DNA from: Marsupella aquatica | Taxonomy: Eukaryota; Plantae; Marchantiophyta | DNA length: 64,000 bases | Direction: 5' to 3' | Assembly (NCBI GenBank): GCA_973895155.1 | Contig: OZ316893.1 | Location: 23,272,015-23,336,014, forward strand | Shown: in pieces, positions 23,508-35,622 of the stretch | Layout of the letters: the number at the start of each line of letters is the position of its first letter | Position numbering within the stretch: the stretch's first letter is position 1 | Position numbers and translations under genes: made by a program | Notes under the pieces: model-generated | Told to the model about the DNA's origin: nothing | Database searches by the model: none | Seen by the model: only the letters and a program-made list of their open reading frames with translations

Positions 23508-25879
23508 CTAGATTGAAAAGGGATCAGTTTGACCACGCTTTGGGTCACGACCTGGCAAGTTACTGGCTATATTCCTCCCTAAATCAAACGTCCCAACTTC
23601 TTTCTCCTTTCGCACTTTCTCCTTTGGCTCTTGACTCGGGAACAGTTTGCTGAGACCAAACATTTGATCTTCCTTGACATTTTCTGGGGGGTGTTTCCCC
23701 CCTTCTGGTTCCTCTTCACCACCAAGCAACGGCGGAAGCTTCAGTTGTAAACCCCTATTATTGTCTTCATCAGTATTTTCTTTGGGTTTAAACATATCCG
23801 TAATACCTTGGAATGGGTTCTGTATGGAATTGTTGACCCTTTTAACAAACTTTACAACTCCGTAACGCCAAACAAGTGACGAGACTACGATGAACCCAAG
23901 CACCCAATGAGTCATTCTGTTCTGCCTGATAAGACTCTTAGCGATCTCAGTCTGCTGTAGCTCAATTGCCATCATCTTTCCCTCGTCTCCCTCATCTTCC
24001 TCCTGCCCCGTCTCTTCTCTGGGAGCTTGCAAAGAATTGGAGTTGTTCAACGCCTTGCAGAGCTCTTCCATCGCTTGAGAGTTTCTGTTCAATGAGCTTA
24101 GGACCGTTTCAGCAATTTTGGCAGCAGCCAAAGCCGTCTGTGCAGCTGCCTGTACAACCTGACGCATATCTGCAGGTTCCAAATTTTCCCCTCCAGGTAG
24201 CCCTTGCTCCAGACTACCATCTGGAATTGAGTTTACAGATTTCAAAGGAGCCCCTTTGTTCCGGGCTTTGACGGCTTGCACCTGAGATAAAAACCAACAA
24301 TACTATTAGTTCTCAACCTCACAGATTGCCTATTTGCGCATCATTATGTCCTCCCGCTCTGAAGCTGAAGAAAACGATGAACTCTTAACAGCATCAAACA
24401 CAAAAAAGTTCATCTAACTGGGGATCAAATTTTGAATCCGGAAGTATCACACCATTTCACGGATCTTCATAATCCTCTGCAGCAGCTCTACAACATCCCT
24501 CTGAGCCCCCAATGGACGAAAGACATGTTCCAAGAAAGCACTCCATAGTCATTGGAGTGAGAGCAGATGAGAGGTGCAAGAAATGAGAATCAGCTAAGCC
24601 GCAACGTCTGCCCAAAAGCAGCGAAGGTCAAATTCATGCCCTTTTGTCTTGTTCCCAATTCAGGCTTATGTACAAGCAAACATATAAAAGTTTGTGACTA
24701 TGAGTAAGGTCAATGCTCAGAACTGTTGCCCGTCTATCAATGTCCTGCGAAGGGTTTCCGTCTCAAATCGTTGAAAAAGAACCAATTGCACAACAATACG
24801 TATCTCCTGAAGAGAACAAGTCTGTGTAAATCTTGAACGTCTTGCACTTTTTGAGCAAGTTTCCTTACAATCTAAACTTCAACTTCACATGCTTAAGCAG
24901 TCATTTGTACAAACTGGAAGAGGCAACGGAGAAAAAAGAAGACAGATTGAAGCGGCAAAAACTTGGTCTCCAGCAAAGAACAAGAATGTCAGGAACATAA
25001 GAAAGTAAAACGAATACAAATAAATCACAACCCTTTCCTTAGAGTTTAGGTACTCCTCGATCTTAGCCACTAATTAACAGAAACTACTTCTCCAGTGCAG
25101 TTGTCTCTGCAGCAATTTACGAGGATGAAAAAACCTAAATTGTTTACATGAATATTGAAGCAGACAAATAGGTGGACAATTTGTGATCCCCGCGTGATGA
25201 CGGACATAAGCCAATCAGACTAACCCCTAACAGAAGAAACTCTTTGATTTTCACAGCATGAAATCCATAAAGATGCCCAAGCCTATCCATCCCACTACAC
25301 TAGAGGCAATCCAGGACCTTTCAATGGAACGGAAAAAGAGTTGGGGGACGAACAGGGGAAATCAGTGGTACAGACGTCTCTTGCTATCCTGAAGCTGTCC
25401 AGCACAGGATGCTCGAGCATGAGAAGCGAGAATCTGGAACGTACACTCAACTGCTGTAACAGGGATACGAGGAAGCTTGAGACCTTGCCATGACCAAAAA
25501 CCACCTAATACCTGGTGGACGTCTGACTTCATGGAGCACTACCTCACTTCAAGAAAATTGGGGTTACCAGATTTGGGAATGACGGACGGAACAGAACCCC
25601 TTCGTTCCTATTAGTGCAGCAGCCAATCGAGCACAAGTGAACAAAACAATGTTTAGTGAATTTCCTGTGGATCTAAGCACAGTGTACCTTCTTCAAGAGT
25701 CTCGCAACGTCCCGCAGATCTTGCACATCATTGGAAGTCGAAAAATTATGCTCCGCTGCCTTAGGCTCAATTTGTCCCTCCTCCACACTTCGTAGACTTT
25801 TCAACGCCTCTTCAATGAGCTGCAGCTCACTAGCCTCGAATGGCTCACAATCCGAACCGCTCGCAGCCTCATCTGCCAT
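23508..25879 (-). CDS. Uncharacterised plant protein with coiled-coil and single transmembrane helix (exons 25879-25688, a short middle exon near 24453-24500, 24281-23508)
   Basis: MADEAASG..LLKK followed by a GT donor; ..DVVELLQRIMKIREM; a 257-codon last exon after a CAG acceptor containing LIRQNRMTHWVLGFIVVSSLVWRYG. The middle exon structure is uncertain. Confidence 0.7.
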
Positions 25880-26360
25880 TCCTCGGAACGTCAGTCAAAC
25901 ATTCCCTGTCCTGAGCTCAAAGCTGCACTGATTCTTCACGAGAAACAACGAAGCACTTCTCTTTTGCGATGTTCGGTACAGATTCTGCATATTCCATGGC
26001 ATAATATGCCTCAGTCGGCGATGGGAGACAAAATTACCTCCCTCGGATAAACCCTCCATTGGTATCTCTTCAATGAGTTTAGACGAATCAGCTCTCATTA
26101 ACAACGCGTTGTGGCCTCAAGGAAGCAGAGCCCTATGTTGCCGTTTCTAAGGCCTGCAGTTTCGCAGCCCTAAACCTGAAATTCCTCCCCTTGAATTCAA
26201 AATCTTGGATGGATCAGCGTTGTACGTCGCTGGTTGTCATCTGCAACGAAAAACAAGCAGCTATGAAATCCCGCTCAACAAAGATATACAGAGGCACGAG
26301 AAACTATCTAGAGCGACTAGAGCTTTGAGCAAAGAACGATTCAAGGCACTGTAAAGTGAA

Positions 26361-26583
26361 GTCTTGGTGCAGAATAGAGCCGGATTTTATCCAAATCTTC
26401 AACTCAATTGCCACAAGACAAGCTTACATTTCGAATGGCAAGAGAACTATCAAAATGGACAGTTCTTGCCCACTCTTGGTGCAGAATAGAGCCGGACCTC
26501 ATCCAAATCTTCAACTCAATTGCTACAAAACAAAGTTGACGTTTCGAATGACAAGAGAACTTCTAAAATGGACAGTACTTGCC
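26361..26583. repeat. ~112-bp diverged tandem duplication
   Basis: TCTTGGTGCAGAATAGAGCC..ATCCAAATCTTCAACTCAATTGC..TTTCGAATG.CAAGAGAACT..AAAATGGACAGT occurs twice. Confidence 0.85.
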
Positions 26584-27059
26584 TCAGTGGGTTACAGCAG
26601 TTCCTCCAAAACCATCGAACCTCCCACATCTGAAAGCTATGGAGAATTTTGCAAGGTCTGGCTTGAATCAGTGAATCACTGTGCGAGAAACAATGATCAA
26701 TGCTGAGGCAGCGCGAGAGCCATGAGCCCGAGCAATAAAAAATTAATTAATGGTTTCGAAACAAGAGTCCTGTGTACCCTTGTCTCTACCCTGTCACCCT
26801 TTCCTTTGCCCTCCTTATCCACCACTATAGTATGATGCAATCTGGCCATGTCCATTCACAAAAACAATATGCAGTCCTGTCATGTCTATTCACCAAAAAA
26901 AATGTTTTGGGCGGAAAACAAACCTGACCGTGGGATGCAGGTCCTGATTTTTCTGCACCATTGGATTCACCAGCGACCCTCTGCCTCCCTGCCCAATGCC
27001 CATCCTGAGTAAAGGAGGACAGAATTTATTTAGTTATTTATTTAGTTATTTATTTATTT

Positions 27060-27062
<3 letters not shown>

Positions 27063-27091
<29 letters not shown>
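27063..27091. repeat. Poly-G tract (29 nt) after TATT/TAGT repeats
   Basis: Direct reading of the sequence. Confidence 0.9.
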
Positions 27092-27093
<2 letters not shown>

Positions 27094-30000
27094 AGAGAAA
27101 AATGTGGCCCTCCTTTTTGCACATGCCTCAGTTTGCCCAGCCCGGACCTTGCATCCCTCCCTGCTTGAAGTACCGCGCAGTACCATGGCCCGACGCTCCA
27201 ACCTGGCTTGCAAAGCTGCTAACTATGTTTTGGTGCATGCCTTTGTAGGGCTGCTACAACAATCATGCAATGCACAGACATTGGGCTAGTACACAAGAAA
27301 GAAAAAAAATTTAAGTTCAAAGCAACTTTTGACAACAGTCCATCCTGGTTGTAGAGGTCCATTCAAGTTGTTTCTCAAATGTTTCTTTGTTGGACTGGAT
27401 TTCATAGTTGGGCTTCTGCTTTTCATTTTTGAGATGTTGTTTTAGAATGGAATTTGTTACAATGTAAACCCCTCTGGTATTTAATTGCTTACTTCCATGG
27501 GAAGCTTCTTTCAAAATCCCTAGCAGCACATGCAGCCACACCTATGCTATTGGTCACAAACAAGAAAAGCTAGTTGTGCAATAACAACCAAACCTAAGGA
27601 ACCATCATTGAGGCAAGGCAAAGAAAGCTAATTAGACCCCTTAAGAGTAAAAAGAATAGAAACTGAAAAGTAAACACTTCAAATAAACAAACAAATGGGC
27701 AAACAAAAGCAACCTTTTTGGATGGCTAGTGATTGATTTATCAGTGTTTTTCCAGTAATAAAAATGTTTCTGTTTGTTTGGCAAATTGTTGAAGCCATGG
27801 GTAGAAAGAAACCTCTCAAATTCTGTAAAGTTTTTCATGGATTCTATGGACAGAGGAGTGTAAGGGAACATAGGAAACCCTTCGGCTAGTACGAACAGAG
27901 GAAAAACGATGAAGGGAAGGTAAGAAATCCTTTGGCGTAACATTTTGCATAGATTGTGTCTGAATGTTTTGCATAGACTATCACCATGAATAATCTATTC
28001 CACTATGCAAATGCAACAAGCTTACATAACCAAGGGGTCTGTACCTTCACTAGTGGGTTAAGGATATGGACAGAAATTAATAGCTATGTAAACCAAAGTC
28101 ATAATCTGTAACTATTTTCCATAAAGAATGATCATATGCCTTGACAATAAGTCATTGTAGGGGCTAGTGAAAAAGCTTTTACAGAACCCTTTGTGGCGTG
28201 GCTGTAGTATTCCACAAATGGTGAAGCTTACTATTTACATCCAAACCTACATCCCAAAAGTGTTATGGCCATGCCTTAAAAGCCATCACCCCTAATGATC
28301 AAGGTATGAGATGCCCAAGTTTGAGGGGACATTGTAGCACCTAAGAAAGAAACTAAAGAAGTCATGGGATAATGTCTAAAAGACAAAGAAGAAGTGCTAG
28401 GATTTTAGGCTTTGCCCCTGACTTGGTTTAGAATTCAATGTGTTCTTGTGGATATAGCCTCTGAGAGTTGAATCACATATCTTGTGTGTTTACTCTTATT
28501 TCCAAATTCATAGCCCAGAACTGTTTGCCATAAAGAGTGGTCATATGCCATGACCACAAGTCACGGCAGAGGCTTGCGAAGTAAAAACTTTACACAACCC
28601 TGTGAAAAAGTTATGGCCATTTGTTTAATTATGGCCAAAAGCGGCATCATAAATTTAGAGAGGCTCTACTATACCATTCTTTCTTGCCTTCCTCTTGGCC
28701 GCAGAGAAGTCCACATATGAGTCAACAATCCAACGTCATCAGCATCACTCCGCACCTTACAGTCCACCACATATGTCTAAGGGCAGGCTCCCGGGAAGAC
28801 ACCCCAGACCTGCACTTATCCATGTTATGCACTATGTCATAAGTGCATGGGTATCATTTATGCAGTCTCCATATGTGCATGTTGCACCTCCTAATAAGTG
28901 CATGTGAAATTGCTTGTGCAGTTCAGCAAGTGTCTTTGTCAAGTCATACGCATCAGACATCCTCACACCCCAAATGCTCTAGTGCAAGATTCAACTGGAT
29001 AAGTGCATGAAACTAACATTTGTAGTTGTCAGCCCTCCTGTCAATAAGTGCTTCTAACATTTGTGTTGCACTTATTGATGAATGCATGTGCACTCTTATA
29101 GATGAAAATGCTTGTATGTATTTGTGGTTTAGTGACACTGCCACACAGACGGTGCATTTTTTGGTGCATTTACAAAGAAAAATGCTCTACTATGAGGAAA
29201 CTGAAGCCGGGATGGACCACCATGTTGGACACATTGCTCCTATTGACCACATTTTGGTGGTCTATGGGAGTTTGGGGTCCATAACTTAATGACTATGACT
29301 AAAATAATTTTTAGTTTTCCACCTGCAAGGCAACTATGGAACAAGAAGACCTCAAAAAACTAATGTTTGGGCACATGAAAATTAAACTAATGGAATTTAC
29401 CCCTCCAAGTTTTGTGGTGAAAACTCAACCAAATTGGCCAAAAATTCACTATCACTTTGATGGAAGCAATAGCTTAATTACTCTTCTAGTATATCCCCAA
29501 AATTAGTTCATGGACCCCCGTGGCTACATTTTTAGGCCTTGTTTGAGCTTGCATTTTGAGAGGCTAATATGGTCCATATGGGGGTCCATAATGCTCTGCT
29601 AGCACACATTAAAACACTTAAGATCTATGAGACATTTTCACTAATTTTGGAACATTAATTAATAAACCCAAGACACAGTTTGTTTACGTTAGTTGATTTG
29701 GGCATTGGATGACACTATATTTGACCACTAAATTGCCCTGGGCACTCATATTTGAGTTGAGAAGGCTCCCGATCTCTAGATCAATTGAGAAATCTGCTTT
29801 TCTCAGCAAGGGACCCGAAGCTTTCTAGTAGCTGAGTCCTCTTTGTAGAATATATGTCACCTGATTTGTCTATGTACTTTAAAATTATTGGAAATCCTAG
29901 AGATTTCACTAAAGTCTCCATTTGGCAAGTTTTGAATTAGAGGTTAATAGCCTCATGATCTTGACACAACTATTCACCAAATGGATAAGTGCAGTGCTTA

Positions 30001-30858
30001 AGCTTTCAAAAGAGAGAAGTCTGATTAGGAAGAGAAGCTGTTGGACAAATATGATAGGTTTTACAGCTTGTATTGTTTAGATTAGATTAGATTTTCTCAC
30101 AAAATCAATTGTGGACCCATTCAGCCATGGCCTGAGCAATTTGACATTTTTTCAATTGCCACATGAATACTGTCTTTGCTTTGCAGGCCAAAGTCGACAA
30201 AATGGTTGTCACAAGCAGTTGTCAAAATCAGACCTTGTCGCTACATGCAACCAAATTCTCAAGCTACAAGAGTCAATAGTCAATCCGTGGCAAGTCCATT
30301 TGAGACCAGATCAATGTCTGACCAAATGAATTGTATCAATTCATTAAGTTCAAGTTCCGGCCATAGCTAGCAGTTTGCCTGAATTGCAAAAGGCCAGAAA
30401 TCTTACTCCATATGCCAATTACCCATTAACAAGGAATTTATCAAGTTAGTTATTAGTCATTGTTTATTATATGAAAACTACTTTTCAAATTTTTGAATTT
30501 AAATTTGAAAACGGGATACGTAACTAAAACCGTTTTACCCGTCTTGCTCTTTGCATTTCTAAGTTTTCACATTTCTTTTTACGGCATGGCGTCCCAAAAT
30601 TTACACCCAAATTGACGCAAACACGAATGAAAACTGTAAATTTGATTCACAAAACTGATGAGTCTTGTTTGTTGCGGTTGTTGTTGACATGGCACGCTCT
30701 GGTGCAAGAATTTTGGAAGGGCCCTCTAGTGGGGTCCGTAACTAAAAATGATCTGATTATGAATATCAAGTCATTGCAATTAAAGTCAAATTTTGGTAAA
30801 TGTGGTCCATGGGGGTTTCAAAGACCAACCTTGTGGTCCATGGGAGTTTCAAATAAGG

Positions 30859-31216
30859 TGTCATGCCGAGGGACAGTGCCTCTTATGCACATCGGCATGT
30901 CCCTCGCCTGCCCGCTAGGTATGTAGTTAGGGCTAGTGTACTACCTGAGTTAGCGACATGTTCTTGTAGCAAGTCTGGGCCGTTCTTGAAGCAAATGTGC
31001 TTGTTAGTGTGACGCCAGGAATTTGCTTGCTTAGGGCATGTCTTTCTTTGTGGGTTTTCAGTTCTTCTTGAATCGCTGTTGACAGAGCTCAGACAGTGCT
31101 CGTCGGTTCCGTACACGGGATTCACACAGTGATTCGTTAGATGCTCCCGGCCGATCTTGGCATCCTGCCGGTTTTTGATTCGATTTCAGTACAATTGTTT
31201 CTCTTACGCCTTTTAT
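30859..31216 (+). repeat. Repeat A1 (358 bp)
   Basis: Matches 35623-35980 with one C/T difference seen (GGTTTTTGATT versus GGTTTTCGATT). Confidence 0.97.
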
Positions 31217-31229
31217 TCAAGAAGAACTG
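31215..31229 (+). promoter_or_regulatory. Putative self-priming primer binding site
   Basis: ATTCAAGAAGAACTG is the exact reverse complement of CAGTTCTTCTTGAAT (31059-31073) inside repeat A. No TGG-starting tRNA PBS follows A1. Confidence 0.8.
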
Positions 31230-32822
31230 TCGAGTTAGCAGTGACGGGAAGAATATTGCTCGTGGCGATTTCGACAATTTTTGGTGAAGCCATTGCAATT
31301 TCTTTGACGAACATTGGAGCGACGGAATGAAAGTTATGGGTTTATGTGGTTATGTGTATACTTAAGTGTATACACATATCCATGCTTCCGAAGGGGTCAG
31401 GAGTTCCCTTTCCGGTTGCATCCGCGACTCCTTTGTTGCTTCCGACTGTCACTGCCGTTTGCCGCACGACCACCTCCCGACTGCAACCCGTGGTTTGTAG
31501 GCCGCTGGCCCTTCACATTCCGGCCACAACCTGCTGCTGCCGACGTTGCATCAACCGTTGCCTCGACTGCTTTTGGGGCCGTTTTGTGTTTGTTGCCACT
31601 TTTCGGCCACGGCTGCCGTTGAGCCCGTTTTGTTGCCTCGTGACGCCCTGCACAGGCCGTGCATAGGGCACCATGCCCTTGCCTCGGCTGTATCTCCCTT
31701 TACCGGCCGTAGTCCCTCCTCAATCCGGGATGTTTCTTCCCCTTTTCGGCATTTTCTCGCCCGTTTTTCCTGCCTCGACTCCCTTTCTTTTTGCCCTGCC
31801 ATAAGCAAGCGAGAGGACAGAGGGCACGAAGCCCTATGGAGAATTAAAGCATGGGGGAAGGGGAGCCGAGCACAAGGCAGCGCGAGTGTGCCAGGAGAGG
31901 GCGCGAAGCCCTATGCTATAGTAAAGAAGGAGGGGGAGCGAGGGTGCCAGGAGAGGGCACAAGGCCCTAAGCAACATTGAAGCAGGGGAGGGGAGTACAC
32001 TCGACTCCCTTGCCTTCGGGCATACTGTCACTAGGGCACGAGGCCCTATGGAGTAATTAAAGCAGGGAGGGGGAGGAGTACACTTGACTCCTCACACGGG
32101 AGTCTTTTGCCAGGGCACGAGGCCCAAATTGCATTGAAGGAGAGGAGGGGGGGAGTTCGTAGCCCCTTTTCGGGAGCACATAAGGTGGGGCACGAAGCCC
32201 TATGGAGGGCTCATGCCATTAAGAGGGCCCCATTTTTTTTGCCCTGCCTCGCGACGTCTTTTCTCCTCTTTCCGGCCACCTACGAGCTTGCCTCGGCTAT
32301 TTTCCCCTTTTTTGGCCTTTCTCACTTTTTCGCCGTGCGACGATCGACCTGCTGCCAGTTCCCGGGTCCACATCGGGGCCCGATGTATACACTTAATCGG
32401 GCCCCATGTTTATACATTTGAAAAGGCCAATGTATACACTTAAGGGGGGCCCAGGTTTACGTTTTTAAGGGCCCATTTTTCTGGATTTCTTTGTTGCCGC
32501 CACGTGTCATTTGCATAAAGCTGAGGGCCCAGCATATTCATCAGACAGTCAATCCAGCAAGCACAACACCAGTCCAATTGGAGTTTTTAAGGGTCTTTTC
32601 TTTGCCGACGGTTTTTCTGTGTGTTTACACATTCGACACATTTCTGCCTCGCACTGTTTATTTCCTAGCCTTGGGGCTGCCATTTCTTTTTCTTGTCAGT
32701 TTCTTTCCCATTGGCACCCAAGTGAGCATGCAGCATGTCAACCGACGCGCCAGGAGGTAGCAACACATCGCCACTGACACCCAGGTACCATTTACGGAGT
32801 GATCCACGACCGTGCCAATTTC

Positions 32823-35404
32823 ATTGGAGACTCAGACATCTTCACTCTTGTGGATCTAAGGCAAGGCTTTAACCAGATTTTGCTGCTTGCAAAGGATCGC
32901 AAGAAAACAGCTTTCCATGGTAGTAACCAACTATGGGAGTGCTTGGTGATGCCATTTGGCTTGAAGAATGCGCCCATATTCTTTCAAAGAGTCATGGACC
33001 AGGTTCTTCAAGGTGCTGAGTTTCTGAAATGCTACATTGATGATGTGTTGGTCCACAGCAAAGGATTTGACCAACATCTACTTGACCTTGAGGAGCTATT
33101 CATGAGGCTTAAGAAGGTGAACCTGAAGATACACCCCAAGAAGTGTGAATTTGCTGTCAGATCAGTAGTATACCTTGGGCACCGCATTCTTCCAAATGGA
33201 ACCATGGCTCACTGGGCCAAAGTGGTATCCATCCTGGAAATGCCCACTCCTACTGATGTTCGCACTCTTAGGAGCTTTATTGGGTTGTGCAATTACTACC
33301 GGATCTACATCAAAGATTTCAGTACCATTGCACATCCATTGTACTCTTTGTTGAAAAAGAATGTGACTTGGACATGGAGTACAGATGCTGAGGCAGCATT
33401 TGTCACTTTGAAGGAGAAGCTCTCAGAATACCCGGTGCTGAGAAGACCTGATTTCAGCAAGGTCTTTGTGCTACACACAGATTGGAGTGCCCTTGGGATT
33501 GGTGCCATTCTGGGCCAGCATGATGAGGAAGGTAAAGAGTACGTCATTGCCTATGCATCCAGGAGCAACAATCAGGCAGAGAGTCATTATTCTTCTTATG
33601 AGGGTGAATGCCTTGCTGTTGTGTGGGCTGTCATACATTACAGGCCCTACCTCTATGGGACCAGGTTTGTTCTCTACACCGACCACCAGCCCTTGAAGTG
33701 GTTGATGACCAACGACAAGCTTACTGGCAAGCTTGCTCGTTGGGCGCTCATACTCCAGGAGTATGATTTTGAGGTAATTCATAGGCCTGGTGTGACACAT
33801 CAAAATGCTGACACTATGTCCCGCAGCCCTTTGATTGCCTCTGATGATTCCTCAGATGCACGGCAGGATTTTGACCAGGTTTCCATCCTGCCTACATTTC
33901 ATGCATCGACCTATCTTGCTTTGCTGCCATGCTATGTTGTTGACCAACCTGTGGTGGACATATGGGAGGACAGCGACACTCTGAGATTTCTACAGCATGG
34001 GAAGTACCCCACACATATTATTGCTGCCCAGAGAGACCGAATTCAGCAAAGGTCCAAGCGCTACTTGTGGAAGGGAGATCATCTCGTGCGCTGCTTGCCA
34101 GACAGGGAAGTGGTGGTTCCACCCATTCATGAGAGGGTTGGCCTTATCCGTAAGGTACATTCTGAGCTTGGTCATTTTGGCGTTAAGAGAACTTACAGCC
34201 TCTTGGTCCCTCATTATCATTGGAGAGGCATGCATGGCCAGGTTCGAGATGTTATTGCCCGGTGTGAACAGTGTGATAGGGTGAGGACTTCTTTCACATC
34301 TCGGCAACCCACACTTCATCCACTCCCCATTCAGGGCATGTTTTATCGCTGGTCATGTGATTGGCTGGAGAATTACCCCTCACGTCTTGGGGTAATCTCT
34401 ACATCATGATCATGATAGAGCATTTCTCCAAGTGGATAGAACTTGTGGCATTGCCGGATAAGACCTCCCGTAGCACCAGCCAGGCATTCCTGCAACAAGT
34501 TCTCAGTCGTTTTGGAGCTTGTGCAGAATGTCTCACTGACCAGGGCTCAGAGTTTAGAGGAGAGTTCCAGGAGTTGCTTGATCAGGCCCTCATTGATCAT
34601 CGTCGGACATCACGAGATCACCCACAGGCAGATGGCTTGGCAGAACGCATGGTTCAGACATGCAAGAAGGGTCTTCGGAAGATCTGCCTCACCAAAAACA
34701 AGGAGGATTGGGACCTGGCCTTACCCTACATTGCCATGGGGTATAGGATGTCCAGACATGCATCACTGTCTAACTTTTCTCCCTACTTCTTGTTGTTTGG
34801 TCGTCACCCAGTTCCACCTTCTGCTATTGCTGCTCACATGCTTCAGGTGGTGGACTTGGATTCAACTGTGACTTGGTCTGATGTGATCTCTGAGAGGGCT
34901 GCCCTATTCAGGAGGGTTATGCCCATGGCCATGGAGAATTTGGCCATTGCACAACATAGGGACACACTGCGTTATGCACACACACGAGGGGGCACTTTTC
35001 AGCCCAAGGTCAGGAAGTTTGATGTGGGAGATTTTGTGTACTTGCAGCGGCAAGCTAACGACATCCTGGACACCTCTACTAGTCGTACTATTCTCAGGGT
35101 TAAAGCTATTCGACCGTCTGGAGTGCTAGAGTTACAAGGGGCAGATGGGCGCACAATTGCTGACAATGCCAAGAATTGCGCCCCTTGTCATCTGCCTAAC
35201 CTAGATCCCACCATTGTGACTTCTACTTGGATTCCACCTGTGGACTACCCTTGCAAGGTGTGTTTGCGAATTGATGATGCTGACCAGATGCTGCTGTGTG
35301 ACAATTGCAATGGAGGGTACCATCTTTTCTGCCTTCGGCCTGAACTTACCCAGGTGCCAGAAGGGTTATGGTTTTGCCCTTCTTGTGCTCCACGTGCTAC
35401 CTGA
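32823..35404 (+). pseudogene. pol: 5'-truncated gypsy pol: RT (partial), RNase H, integrase, PHD finger; 1-bp frameshift near 34361
   Basis: VDLRQGFNQI, MPFGLKNAP, YIDD (RT); HTDWSALGIGAIL, YEGECLAVVWA, TDHQPL (RH); HSELGH..CEQC, WSCD/LAGELP, TDQGSEF, GLAERMVQ (IN); CKVC..LLCDNCNGGYHLFCL..WFCPSC (C4HC3 PHD). Confidence 0.93.
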
Positions 35405-35436
35405 ATTTTCTTCAGCCCTCCTTTTGGCTGTGGTCT

Positions 35437-35444
35437 GGGGGGGG
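35437..35444 (+). promoter_or_regulatory. Polypurine tract (G8) directly abutting repeat B1
   Basis: GGGGGGGG|ATACAGAGG, 33 nt after the pol stop codon. Confidence 0.75.
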
Positions 35445-35620
35445 ATACAGAGGTTTACACCTCCACTACGTACATACCACTTCATTTGCTTTTTCTTGGC
35501 ACTTGTGAATGTGATTGGACTTTTTCTATGCATGTTGGTTGCTAGCAGCTTGCACATATGCCTTGCCGGTGACTTGTATGTTTTCGATACACTATGGCTA
35601 CGATACTATATGTCACGACA
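35445..35620 (+). repeat. Repeat B1 (176 bp)
   Basis: Appears identical to 35981-36156. Confidence 0.97.
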
Positions 35621-35622
35621 GC

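Noticed and set aside
30859-30910. Hammerhead ribozyme in repeat A
   Set aside because: The CUGAUGA/GAAA core is absent; only generic stems are present.
34355-34409. Programmed frameshift in the gypsy integrase
   Set aside because: It falls inside the catalytic core just after the first Asp with no slippery heptamer; a 1-bp deletion or sequencing error is simpler.
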